A DNA stretch of 64,000 bases from Podarcis bocagei. Taxonomy: Eukaryota. Location of the stretch: the NCBI GenBank assembly GCA_964188305.1, contig OZ076886.1; one strand, written 5' to 3'. Shown in pieces: positions 13,014 to 25,244 of this stretch. The position numbers were made by a program, and so were the translations under genes. Each line of letters begins with the position of its first letter. Positions within the stretch are counted from its first letter, which is position 1. The notes below the pieces were generated by a model. The model was given only the letters and a program-made list of their open reading frames with translations, was not told the origin of the DNA and did no database searches.

Positions 13014-13806
13014 TTTGTAGGACATATAATTCTAAATGATTTCTCTAGTTACTAAAACAAATTACTCTGGAAGGCAAAGAGCAGGTGTTGGATTTTTCCA
13101 ATGTGCCACAAATCCCCCCAAAGTTCTTAGTCCTAGAGCACAACTTCCAGTCCTCGGTATCTGTTCACAGGAACACTTTGCTTCTGAGCAATTTAACAGT
13201 GGAAGGCAGCTAGCAGATCTAAATTATTTTGGGAAACGGCTTTCAGTGCATGGAAGGAGTCATCAAAACCCATTGTTCCAAAATCAGATCAGTCCTTCGG
13301 AATAGCAGGACCTGCTCTATGCATTGAAAGGGCAAAGGCTGAAACTGAAACAATTATTTCAGTGCTTTTCAAATTCGCAAATCAAGTATTCATTAAGTTT
13401 GATGAATACTGACGTTAAAACAGTCGCCCTCTGAGAAACTTCCTTGTCATTTAATTTACTCTGTCAGCTTCAACTAATACTGATCAGACATTTTGTCACC
13501 GCTGGAGCCCTTGTGACACGTTGTTGGCCAGCCACCCAACCACGGCTGATACTCTGTAATCCTCCGTCATGGGATTGGCCAGCGAAGTGTTTACAGACAT
13601 GAGTCAAGGATTTCAAATGTAAAGTCCCCAGAAGCAAATTATTGCTTTGCAGATAATAAAATTGGAAGCATCTTGGAACTGGAAAGTCTGAAAATGGTGA
13701 AAGGTTGCCTTTGATTTTGCACCAGACACTTTTGAAAACTAATCCAGCTATTCAGTATTAAATTGATGATAATTCCCATTTTTTGAAATGAGCAGTTTCA
13801 GATTCT

Positions 13807-13924
13807 GGGTGGTATACAACAAAATTTTACTCAGAGTAGGCCTATTTTAATTAATGGACCTAACTTACTCAAATTGATAAATTTCATCAGATCTAGCCTG
13901 AGTAAAGCATAGTTGAATATCACC
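13807..13924. mobile_element. Palindromic MITE (GGGTGGTAT-end family)
   Basis: Ends GGGTGGTATACAAC / GTTGAATATCACC, internal TTACTCAG/CTGAGTAA; copies at 35905-36130 and 40400-40513. Confidence 0.7.
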
Positions 13925-16466
13925 TTCTGACCTTGCCGATCATTCCTGTTTTATGCCTAAGCAGTTTGTGCTTGAAGGTTTTGTGTTCTGTGCCAATATC
14001 AGATGTCTCAATCAAGGTGGCAAAAGATATTTGTCAGAGTAGCAAACTAACACAATTTGCCCATGAACAAAGGACCTAAGGTACCCACTTTGCCATCCTT
14101 TTCTGAAAATCTATGTATTGCCCTGCCTACAGATTCTGTAAGAGAGACTGACTATCTTTAGGTATGAACAGTTGGACAAGAGAATCCTTTGCTTCATCTC
14201 TCCTCAGCCACTGGGCGAACTTGGACTATCTGTCAGCCTGACCTACATCGCTGTCTATATCAGATAACTCCCACAGACTCCTTAAGAGGAAAGGCAAAGG
14301 CGTAAACTTGATAAGCAAACCCTGCCGATGAGAGTTAGCTGAGTCCATATTCACCTGGTCTCTCGCTGTTCTGTGTGGCATAAATCAGTGTCCATTTTGG
14401 TGTGTGGTATGGGTGCTTCTCTGCCACTGGCCAGACTCCTGCTCAGCTTCATTCACGCAAGGCCTAATGGCTGACAGAAAACAACAACTATTGACCTGCT
14501 TCAAATTCAGATGAATGGCCTAGTGGTCAAAGGCCACTTATCTCATTATCTTGGACATCTAGTCCCTGGAGACCAGGAATGCAATTATAACATCAGCAAA
14601 GAGTTTGTTCTGTTCCTTCTGGGCTGCTTTCCCTCCACCAAACAAGACCGGAATTCTCTGCCTACTTGTTTATTCCATGTGATTGGAAGGAAAATATATC
14701 CAGCATAAGAAAAGGGCACCCTTTTTCTGTAGCCGTGAGTGACTTGGGGAAAGCTGGCAAACCCTGTTTCATTTGCCCTGTATTGCTGTTTTTACCTATA
14801 ATCTGCAGTCTCCGAACCCAGCTCCCTCCCACCCCACCAACAGCATGTAGCATCCATATCTGAATTCCATTTCCATAAGTGATTTCCCAATGCAAATAGG
14901 TATTAACACCGCTTTAGGCCTTCCTTGTCCTTTGTTTCTCATCACCGCCCTTCCACGTCCAATGGGGTTAGGTTCCATAACTGCCTCGCTCCTGAGTAGG
15001 CGAGCCTTTGTTCTTTATAGTTCCGCCCCCAAGGCTTTGCCATCTTAAGCAGCCACTGTAAATTGCACACCCACCCACACGCTGCTTCCTGCTCCAGGGG
15101 TGCATTAGCAGAAAGGACCTTCCGCACAGCAGCAAAATTAGATCTCCCATGAATAATTCCTCTCTAATCCCTACAGCGCTAGACATGCAAAAAGTAGCAT
15201 TTAGTGAAACAAAGGCCCGGTTAGAAATGTATTGAAATCTGAAGGGGGGAAACGCTGCCCTTATCACTAAGGGCTAGGAAGACGGATGTCTCTGCAGCAC
15301 ACACTGGTTGCTTCTATGCTAGCTTTGTGCTCTGGAATAGTCATCATATTTCCTCCAGGACAGACACAGGTATCATAAAGAATCTGGGTGAGATCACTGC
15401 TAGCTCGCTGCACTCCAACTTGGGTGTGCTGTCCTCCCTTCTTCTTTTTTAAAGGTGGGATTAATTGTAGGGTTTCTAGTTCCTTCTTTTGCTTGAAACG
15501 GAATTGCAGCAACAGCCTGTCCAGTGTGGATTTGCAAAGTGTAGCTGACACTTTGCTCTGTATCCTTCATTCATACCTGTGCAGCAATAAAAGTGCAGCA
15601 GTAAAAAATAATAACTAAAAGAGAGGGGGGCAAATCCATGGGAAAGGGGATCAAATCTGAGAAAGTGGTGTGGAAAAGCAATAACCATGGAATGTGTGGG
15701 GCAACTGAAAGAGCTGTTTATGATATTCGTATTCATCTGTGCCAGGCTATCCTTCACACAAAGGCCACCCATTTTAGCCCCTGCCACTGAAATGAAGTGT
15801 GTGATGTGCAAATATCGTTCAAGGTCATGAGAAAAATCTTATTGACTTGCTTTCCAAAGCATAACGAATAGAGGAATGAGAATGGGAAGAAACCCATGTA
15901 AACAATTTTTGGAGCAAAGCAGTCAATTTTTGGAGTCTTTTGCTTTCAAGATCCCCAGACAGCAGGTAAATGTTGAGCCTGAAATTTGAGAATACAAATT
16001 GGGGGCAGGAGGGAATAATAACTTACGAGTTGGTTATAAATAGCTTTGTGCAATATAAATTATTCTAAGCAGGTTTCATCCCAGAATCCAGCCAAGGCTT
16101 TGCTTGGCAGAGGCTACAGATGAAGTTTGAAACCTTTCCCCTTTCTTTGTCCCCTCTTCACTTTATGCTTCCAGGGAGACTGAGACATGCGTGGAGAGAA
16201 GATGCTCTGGAGAACATGAACTTGATTTGTGCCACCAACTGGTGTTTTCCAGGGTATCCAGCGTGTGTCAAAAAGTAATAACTCGCAAGCATTATTTAGT
16301 GTCACTTGAGGCTGAACCTGTGACCTATGGGTGAAAGTATCTAAATTGTATTACTAAACCTTCCACCCCTTAGGACATTCTTTCTTCCTTCACTGTAATG
16401 AAATTGCAAGCATGCAATCCCACCTACAATGGACAGCACCTTTGGCCAGAAATCCATTCTAGGAAA

Positions 16467-17919
16467 TGAAAGCCCAGAAACCTGACCTCATGGATATTTG
16501 GGCTGGTGAGCAAGTCTGCTGGAGAAAACAGCATTCACAGTTGGTAAGCACAGATAGAGACCCTCTATCAAGAGGCTCCCTAGATAGGGCAGGGAGAGTC
16601 AATTCTCCATCACTTTCAGCCTCCCCAAACTGGAAACTTAAAGGGGGGGGGGACATACCGGTAGTTGATCCTAACTCAAATTTACAGTCACTGTATAATT
16701 GACAGTATAATTGGGGCACAAGATGTTGGACATAATATTATGTTTGCTGACTGGGAACAGTTATGGACCACAGGTATGAAGTTTACGGCATGTAATGAGA
16801 GAATATTATGAAAATGATATACAGGTGGTACATGACCCCAGTCAAGCTTGCAAAAATCTATCATTTGCCCGATAACAAATGTTGGAAATGTAAAGACGTG
16901 CCCAAAGATTAAGGCTTTCTGGGAAATGATATATAATGAACTGAAAAAGGTATTTAAATATACCTTCCTGAAGAAACCAGAGGCCTTTCTCCTGGGCATA
17001 GTCAGCCAATTGGTGCCAAAGAAGGACAGAACTTTTTTTATGTATGTTACAACAGCAGCAAGAATACTCATTGCAAAGTATTGGAAGACACAAGATTTAC
17101 CCACTCTGGAAGAATGGCAGATGAAGGTGATCGACTACATGGAATTGGCAGAAATGACTGGCAGAATCCGAGACCAGGTAGAAGAGTTGGTGAAAGAAGA
17201 CTGGAAGAAATTTAAAGACTATTTACAGAAATATTGTAAAATTAATGAATGTTTGAAGGATGTTGGATAGAAACTAAGGGGTTTCCAGCTGTAATGCTTT
17301 AGGAGATACGAAAAAAAAGCTTTATAAATGGGTAAGAGCTTAATGGTAAGGATTTGCTGAACTAACAAATTGAAGTGGAATACAAAGAAGGGAGGTATGA
17401 GGAGGTCTGGGGAAATAAGCGTAAGGAAGATATATTATGGAAAATTATTTGTTTTTTAACTGTTTTTATGTTGTATTTTGTTTTTTGTTTTTTGTTTTTT
17501 TCATTGTTATATTTTAAAAACTTTAATAAATATCTTTTGGGAAAAATATATATATATATAATTGACAGTATAATTGACCACTGATGTCTCCTGAGCTGCA
17601 GAGACTAAGGTCTGAGAGAAGGAGAGACCTGAGTACTTGCAGGAGGAGTGCTCACCTTTGGGCAAGACAGGGAGGTGAGTCGTCGGGGGATCAGGACTGG
17701 CCGCTACCCAGACAAAGATAAAAGACTGTCAGACCTCACCCCAGGTTGCAGGAGCAACATTGCTGTATGCTAGATCCTGCCTGAGATCCTGTACCTGTCC
17801 TTGCCTGGTTTCCTGCCTCATGTCCTGCCTTGGCTCTGTTGGACTGACTCCCAGTGGAACCTTTGGATTCTGGACTGGTCCTGGACCGTGTTTCATGGGT
17901 TACCCCTGGGCCCAGCACA
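16467..17919 (+). mobile_element. Probable solo LTR (~590 bp) interrupted by an L1
   Basis: TG...CA termini flanked by 5-bp direct repeat GGAAA (16462-16466, 17920-17924); TATA-like GATAAAAG near 17717; orientation tentative. Confidence 0.5.
16714..17556 (+). mobile_element. 5'-truncated L1-clade LINE (ORF2 C-terminus + 3'UTR)
   Basis: ORF 16848-17270 closely resembles the C-terminus of the 21326-22426 ORF; AATAAA at 17525; 20-bp TSD TATAATTGACAGTATAATTG (16694-16713, 17557-17576). Confidence 0.93.
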
Positions 17920-18071
17920 GGAAACATGATTGGGGAGAGAGCTCTAGTGTTCAGGTCCTGCTGTCAGGCTTCCTCCAGGCATCGTTGGCCAATGAGAGAA
18001 TAAGATGTAGGCTAGATGGGCCACTAGCTTGATCCAGCAAGACTTCTACTCTTAGGTAGTCTACTGGACAG

Positions 18072-18465
18072 CTTCATTAGTGTGTGACCCTGAACTTTTT
18101 GTGCAAGTTTTATGCTGCAAACCCCACATTTTGTGCCACCCCCCAAAGTGAGTAATTGACACTCATGGGTATCCCTGTGGCCCCCGATTTAAGTATCAAT
18201 TACTCAGTTTGGGGAGCAACACAGAAAGAGGGATTTCCAGCACAAAACCAGCACAACACTTTGGTACCAGTTTGGAGTCAATCGAACAAGGTTGGATTTT
18301 TTGGCATCAATTTGTGACCCTGATTTGCTTTGTCCATTTTGGGGGGGGGGGTTGGGGGGACGGCACAAAATGTGGGGTTTGCACCACAAAACAACACAAA
18401 ACTGGCACAAAACTTTGGCTTTAGTTTGGGAGCATCTGGAAATTCGGGGTCACACGTTAATGAAG
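18072..18465. mobile_element. Foldback/palindromic MITE-like element
   Basis: Outer IR CTTCATTA-GTGTGACCC / GGGTCACAC-TAATGAAG; inner IR TGCAAACCCCACATTTTGTGCC / GGCACAAAATGTGGGGTTTGCA. Confidence 0.7.
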
Positions 18466-19369
18466 AGCTTACCAGGGAGGAGGTGGGGAAGTCGAATGAA
18501 AAAAGTAGTCTCCTGGGAGAGGAGCATGGCTGTTAGGATCCCTGAACTTGAGCTTGGTTGTGAGGCTTTTGGGTTGGGAGAAATGGTCTGGTAGTGAATA
18601 AGTGACACTGGATAAAACTGCAAGATAGTGACATGTTTGACTGAGCTGCTTAAGCAGACAAGACCATCTTGGAATAAATGCCTTTCACCTTCTTCCTAGC
18701 CTAATCCCTCTGCAAATATTCAAAGGAAGTGTTACCCAAACAGTCCTTCCCTAATCCACAAGAGGACCTATCATTACTGCTAACTCAAAAAGCAAACAAA
18801 GCACAAGTCCTTTATTCAAAATGTGCTTTCTCTCACTCTCTTGATGAGTTCAAATTCCATCTATTCTGAAACTGATCTGATTCTGCGGCTGCCAGTTCCA
18901 CGTCCCTAGTTCATCAGTTTAAATTGCATCTTGGTGTAAATTGATCACCATTGCTCCTGCATCCATCTGCCGCCTCGGCCTCGCCTTTTAAAAACTATCT
19001 AGCCCCAAATCAGTCTAATTCCCACCTTCAGGTGCCTCCTTGTTAATTCTTCCATTTAAATAGCATTGCAACTTTTCAAAACCTTCTCCTTCCCTCTGCT
19101 TTCCCTTCTGTCTCATATTCAAAAGTCATTTTCTTCCCTAGCCTGCTTCAGATGCTTATGACTTTCCTCATTTAGAGGCAGGATGGCTGAACACACCTGG
19201 CAGCTGAGGGAGCATTCAAGGATTCCACACCAGCTGAGACCCAGGAAGGGAGAACCTGTGTAGTGATTATGTGTCAAACTTGGACTGGGGAGAACCATGT
19301 TCATATCCCTTCTCAGCCATGAAATGCTCTATGAGATTCTGGGCAGCAAAGGAAGAGCAAAGAAATGTA

Positions 19370-19588
19370 CAGTGGTACCTCGGGTTACATACGCTTCAGG
19401 TTACATACGCTTCAGGTTACAGACTCCACTAACCCAGAAATAGTGCTTCAGGTTAAGAACTTTGCTTCAGGGTGAGAACAGAAATTGTGCTCCAACGGCG
19501 CAGCAGCAGGAGGAGGCCCCATTAGCTTCAGGTTAAGAATGGTTTCAGGTTAAGTACGGACCTCCAGAACGAATTAAGTACTTAACCT
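19370..19588 (+). mobile_element. Tc1/mariner MITE, right TIR truncated
   Basis: TA+CAGTGGTACCTCGGGTTA start, same body as 103-333, ends at CTTAACCT. Confidence 0.9.
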
Positions 19589-20944
19589 CGAGCCTCTGCC
19601 CGAGTTTAACAATGACCAGAACACCAAGGGATGAGGGTTGTTCTGATGGCATGGCTATGCGGCCTATTCACTACTTTTAAAAGAACTATGATAGGAGTCC
19701 TAAACTTAACAATATCTCTTAACAATGGCACCCTCCCTATGAAAATTTCTCTTTTTGGGGAGCTAGGTGCCTGGGATCCCTTTGGTATACAAAGCAAAGT
19801 CCCTCCATCTGGGCAGTCCTAACCACAGACTCCAGTGTCTATCAACAGAATGACAGTTTGTCATTGGACGAAGTCGGTGTTGAAATTATGCCATTGCTGT
19901 CTTATTTTGTAGAGGTCACCGGAGAGCTGTGTCAAGACAGAAGCCACTGCTGACCCGACCTGTTTTTGAAAATAGTGACCTGGAGGTCTAAAGGGTTGTG
20001 TCCCGTGACCCAGAGGTGAATCCAGCTGTTCTCTGTGACAAAAGTTTCTACCGTTGCCAGAAAATGAAGCATTGTCTCTCTAACAAGTCCTGCTTCCACG
20101 GGAATTCTGATCGGCCACATTTGCAAAATGATACTCTAACCCCCTTCACCTTCTTTTGTCAGATTCTCATCTTCTGCTCCTATATCAGAGCACTGTTGGG
20201 GATAAGAAGAACATCCCATCTTATTGCACAAGTGGGCTCCTTAAAGAATAGGAGCAGCCAACCCAAATTCATTAAGAAAAATGACTCACTTTTCAGAAAC
20301 AGTTCCTGAACCTCCACACACACTGATAGAAGCAGTTCAGAGAACAGCATATCATAGAAACAAGAGCATTACAGGTTTATATCCAGTGTCTAAAAATCAG
20401 CTTTCCTTTTTTTAAAAAAATATGTTTTTATTAAAGTTTTCTTAGTTTACAAAAATACATGCATTGTCACTTTTTTTCAAGTTGTGTTTTCTACAGATCA
20501 GTTTCATTCGTTGTGAGACATTAACGTTGCATGCAGTATTAGGTTAGGAAGAAAAGAGGGGGAAAGGGAAAGTGGGGAATGGTGAGTAGGGTGGGGTTGG
20601 GTAGTTATGCTTCTATTCTTCTACTTAGTGTATGTCTGGGGTTTTGTGTCAGCGTCAATTGTATGGGTTCTCTTACTATTCACTTTTTGTATTTCCTTGG
20701 TGGTGAGATAGGTTGGGGGTGGCTTAAGGTGTGGTTGGTTTTCTTTGGTTGGCTGTAGTGAGATTTGTTTTTGTATGTGTGTGTATTTTTGGATCAGGTT
20801 AGCCAGATTGATTCGTATGCTGTCAGTGGATTCTTCTTGTTGTCTTGTTGGGCTGTATATGTGATAAAGGGGAACCATACCGGGGTGAAGGCGTCTTCTT
20901 CTATTTGTCCCCATGTCAGTTTCAGTTTATTTGTTAGTTTTTCT

Positions 20945-22425
20945 TTTTTTTTATAATAATTTTTATTACGTTTTTTTCCAAATTACAGATAGAAAAGAAA
21001 GAACATAGACCGTAGAAAGAAGGAAAAAACAGAAAATCTCAACCATTTCAACAACTTATTTCAAATTTCTGTCGGGCTTCCCCACATCTCCCACATAGTG
21101 CATTCTTGACAATAAAATTATCAGCAAATTATAACCTTGTTTCATGTGTTTCTTTTTACTTAGAATTGCAGTTTAAGTTTAAATCTCTTGTTTTCCATTT
21201 ACTTTTAAAATATAACATATTGTCATTTTTACCCATTTAAACCTTGATTCTTTCATAAAAATTATCCAATTTCTTATATAAACCATTTTTGTTGCTGGGG
21301 CTGATATTCCAAATCATACGGCGTCTTAAGATTCATATAACTTATAATACTTTTGCAAATAGTCCTTAAATTTACACCAATCCTCCTCCATTGCTTTTTC
21401 TCCCAAATCTCGGATCCTTGCAGTCATCTCGGCTAGTTCCATGTAGTTCATCAGTTGCGTCTGCCAGTCCTCCAGTGTGGGCAAATCTTGAGTCTTCCAA
21501 TGCTTAGCGATAAGAATCCTTGCTGCAGTAGTAGCATACATAAAAAGAGTTCTATCCTTCTTTAACACCTTCTGGCCGACAATGCCCAAGAGGAATGCCT
21601 CTGGTTTCTTAGGGAAAGTGTACTTAAACACCTTTTTTAACTCGTTGTATATCATTTCCCAAAAGGCCTTCACTCTTGGACAGGTCCACCAGAGGTGAAA
21701 GAATGTCCCTTCAGCCTCCTTACATTTCCAGCATTTATTATCGGACAAATGGTAGATCTTAGCAAGCTTGACTGGGGTCATGTACCACCTGTATACCATT
21801 TTCATAATGTTTTCTTTCAAGGCATTACATGCCGTAAACTTCATACCGGTGGTCCATAACCTTTCCCAGTCCTCAGACATGATGTTATAACCAATGTCCT
21901 GAGCCCATTTTATCATGGCTGATTTAACTGTCTCGTCCTGGGTGTTCCATTTCAGCAGCAAGTTATACATTCTCGATAATAGCTTGGTCTTTGGTTCTAA
22001 CAATTCTGTCTCAAGTTTCGATTTTTCCACCTGGAATCCTGTTTTTTTATCTAGCTTAAAAACCTCATTAATTTGGGCATAGTGAAACCAATCTTGCACT
22101 TTACCCTTTAACCTTTCAAAACTCTGCAACCTCCAGTTATCTCCAATGTTTTCTATTATTTCCCAATATTTCGGCCAACCGGCCTCCATATTGGGTTTTT
22201 TCCGAGCCTTGGCCTCTATTGGTGATACCCACCTCGGAGTTTTGCTTTCTAATAAGTCTTTGTATTTTTTCCAGACCATAAATATTGCTTTCCTGACAAT
22301 ATGGTTTTTAAACATTCCATATGTTTTTGCCTTGTCATACCACAAGTACGCATGCCAACCTAACGAGTTATTAAAGCCTTCCAGATCTAGGACATCAGTG
22401 TTTTCCAACAAGATCCAATCTTTCA
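20945..22425 (-). mobile_element. Young 5'-truncated L1-clade LINE
   Basis: Perfect 17-bp TSD TATTTGTTAGTTTTTCT (20928-20944, 22426-22442); AATAAA and short poly(A) at the 20945 end on the minus strand. Confidence 0.95.
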
Positions 22426-22426
22426 T
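21326..22426 (-). pseudogene. L1-clade ORF2p C-terminal fragment (366 aa, uninterrupted) with CCHC zinc knuckle
   Basis: CWKCKEAEGTFFHLWWTC motif followed by FW..I and AARILIAKHWK, typical of the L1/Tx1 ORF2 C-terminus; no endonuclease or RT domain. Confidence 0.9.
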
Positions 22427-24131
22427 ATTTGTTAGTTTTTCTAGTAAGGCTGTTTCCCATATTATTTATTACCATTGGTCCATGCTTACTCCTGACCGGT
22501 CTCTTCAGTGTCTTGCTATGATGCTTCTGGCTCCTGAGAGTAGGTGGGTTATGAGTTCTTTATAATGTGAGTGGGCATTATTATCTTGGAAGATGTTCAG
22601 TAAGGCTAGTTCTGGGGTGACTTCTAATACTTGCTTAGTTATTTTGCATATTTCTTGTATGTCTAGAAGAGTTGGATTTTGGGGCACTCTCACCACATGT
22701 GGAAGTATGTGCCTGTGGAGGTGCAGCCTCTCCAGCATTTTGGTGAGGTTCCTGGGCGTATCAGTGCTAGTTTCCGTGGTGTTAGGTACAAAAATCAGCT
22801 TCCTTTCCAATATTGGCTTGATGATTTAAGCAAGCAACTGGAGGCTTAGGCAGTTATCACTTAGCAAAATCTTATATCTCCTTTGGTTTTTCTCTAAAAT
22901 GAATGAGAACAATTTTTAAAAAACAAGTAGCAAGAGTTTGACAGCTGTCATGCTAGAGTAATGTTCTGGAAACCACTTGGATTCTATAGAAAAACCTCAA
23001 ATAAAAGAGTTTCCTAAATGGTGTAGGCCTTTGCAGAAAGGGAGTAATATCCTCTCATCACTGTGACCCTTGCCCAGCCACACCCCAGACAGCAGACAGC
23101 ATGATGACTTCATTGGACATTAAGATTGGATGAACCAGTGTACATCTGTTCCATGTCAGTTTCACTACTTTTCAACCACAGATCCATTCCTTCTTGTTCT
23201 TTTGCTGGCATTCTTAAAGAACACCTGAAAAAACCCACATGTATACATTTGGAACCCATTCTTCCTATAAAATACACATTTCCCAGTGCTTTTTCAGTGC
23301 ATTTCTCTGCTAAAAGATATTTTCAGGTGTCTTTCTTGCATATGAGTAGACATAGTGCAGTACAAGTTGCAGTTCCATATACTTTCCTGGGACTAAGCCC
23401 CAATGAAAGTTACTTCTGGGTACACAGATGTAGGTTTGTTCTGCAAGGCTACAAGCCTATATCTAGTTTCTTGGAAGTACCGGTAAGTCCCATTCAACTC
23501 AATCTTACTTTCCTTATTTACATTTTATACTTAGTAATTTACAAGTTTTGAAAGACGCACTAGCAGACTGAATATTGGGGGGGGGGGAGGAAACCTGTGC
23601 ATATTTTAGGCATGATTAAGGGAATTTGGCTCAATGACACAAAACAATGCCCTTAAATGTTTTAATTCCCACAAGATGATATTTAATTAATTCTTCGGTG
23701 TAGATCTCCTTTTGCAAGTTATTTGATTCAGTGCAGCTCCACAGTAGGACATTTCCTAAATGTACAGTTATTTGTTAGAAAAATAATACCTTCTTCCACA
23801 TCTGGTTCAAATATTCATTATTTCCCCACTCCCCCCATCCCTCCCTTATTTTTCATTTGTGTTGTAAGAACATTGTTGCACTTCAAATATAATGAAATAA
23901 TAATAATGCTATTACCTAAATCAGATTCCATCTGCTTATAAGTTTAGAACGTGATCCAATCAAAGTTAAGAAATGTTATTTAGAAAGAAAATCACAGATG
24001 TTATTAGCAGAGTGAAGTGGGTGTTCAGCTCTCTGCCCCTGAACTCAATGTGAATTAAAAGGGCTGGATTGTGCCCATAATGTGTAACATCAGTAATGCC
24101 CCATTATAATGGTATTGGCTTATTGGGCAAG

Positions 24132-24318
24132 TGGGGAAGGGTCATAGCTCAGTGGTAGCACATCTGCTTTGCATGCAGAAGGTCCTAGGTTCAAACCCCA
24201 GCATCTCCAGGTAGGACTTGGAAAGAAGCTCATTGGAGAGCTGCTGCCAGTCAGTGAAGACAATACTGAGCTAGAGGGACCCAATGTTTTGAGAGTATAA
24301 GGCAGATTTCTATGTTCC
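24132..24318 (+). mobile_element. tRNA-derived SINE (Squam2-like)
   Basis: TAGCTCAGTGGTAG A box, GGTTCAAACC B box, non-tRNA tail; partial relative near 27745-27870 and a minus-strand copy at 52597-53098. Confidence 0.75.
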
Positions 24319-24992
24319 TCAGCCTGCACTATGTGAATGAGGTTCATTAAAATTCAACAGGACGCTTCTTGTTAAAGCCTGCCAGTGTTTGCCCCATCCT
24401 ACTCAACTGAAGATCTCTCGCTGGACCAAGACCTACACATTCAGACCAGATACTGATTCACATTTGCATGACCCTTCACATCTGGAGGAATGTCACCCAA
24501 TGTAATACTCATCCACAATGTGAATACGGAAATACACATTCCACCCACTCGCTGTGGAGTTCAGCACCAGCATGCACATCCCCTATCACTCTCTGGGACC
24601 ACGAGTCACCCACCAGGGATCCCATAGGGTCCTATTATTTGTCATTTGTTGTTTGTGTTACCAAAATGGATTTTTTTTGCTATGTGTGTGAAGTCAGGAA
24701 ATTGTACATCTGGGGAAGTTGGAAAAGGGGGGCTAACTAGGTATTTCAAGGGTCCTAATTTTGCCAGCAAGGAAAATTCCCACAAACCACACCCCTGGTT
24801 TGTGGGATCCAGTCATAAGTGACATCAAGTGGGAGGCAGATAAAGTTGTGTCCCTCACTTCAGAGGTTATCCCCCCGAAGTCATTATGACACCAAATGAT
24901 TGACAGTTGGTCAGCCCCCACCCACCTGTCTAACTTGGCCTGCGGGGTTTGTGGAGATAAGAATCTTGGCCCTCTGGGGTGAAAATGAAGTA

Positions 24993-25244
24993 TAGTCATA
25001 CCTATTGTTATGTTTGCTTCAGGTTAAATCTTTTCAGGTTGTGTCCCACGGCGACCTGGAAGTAACGGAACGGGTTACTTCCGGGTTTCTCTGCTCACAC
25101 ATGCACAGATGCTCAAAATGACATCATGCACATGTGCAGAAACGGCGAATCATGGCCCGTGCATGTGCAGATGTGGGTTGCGTTCTGCTTAGGATGTGAA
25201 CGGGGCTCCGGAACGGATCCTGTTCACAACCAGAGGTACCACTG
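24993..25244 (+). mobile_element. Tc1/mariner MITE, divergent subfamily
   Basis: Right TIR GAGGTACCACTG+TA, degenerate left TIR TA+TAGTCATACCT; internal sequence differs from 103-333. Confidence 0.75.

Larger units (their letters stand above)
20410..22789 (-). mobile_element. Older L1-clade 3' fragment, split by a younger L1
   Basis: TSD AAAAATCAGCT(T)TCCTTT (20392-20409, 22790-22806); reading frame IWETALLEKLTNKLKLTWGQIEEDAFTPVWFPFITY is continuous once the inner insertion is removed. Confidence 0.85.

Noticed and set aside
12590-13055. Cluster of overlapping GC-rich ORFs or CpG-island promoter
   Set aside because: Explained by a TSD-bounded GC-rich MITE; the same applies to 60090-60563
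21326-22426. Host protein-coding gene
   Set aside because: Lies inside a TSD-bounded L1 with a poly(A) tail, and a decayed paralog is present at 16714-17556
24132-24210. tRNA gene
   Set aside because: tRNA-like head continues into a SINE body, acceptor stem is not convincing, and a second copy is present
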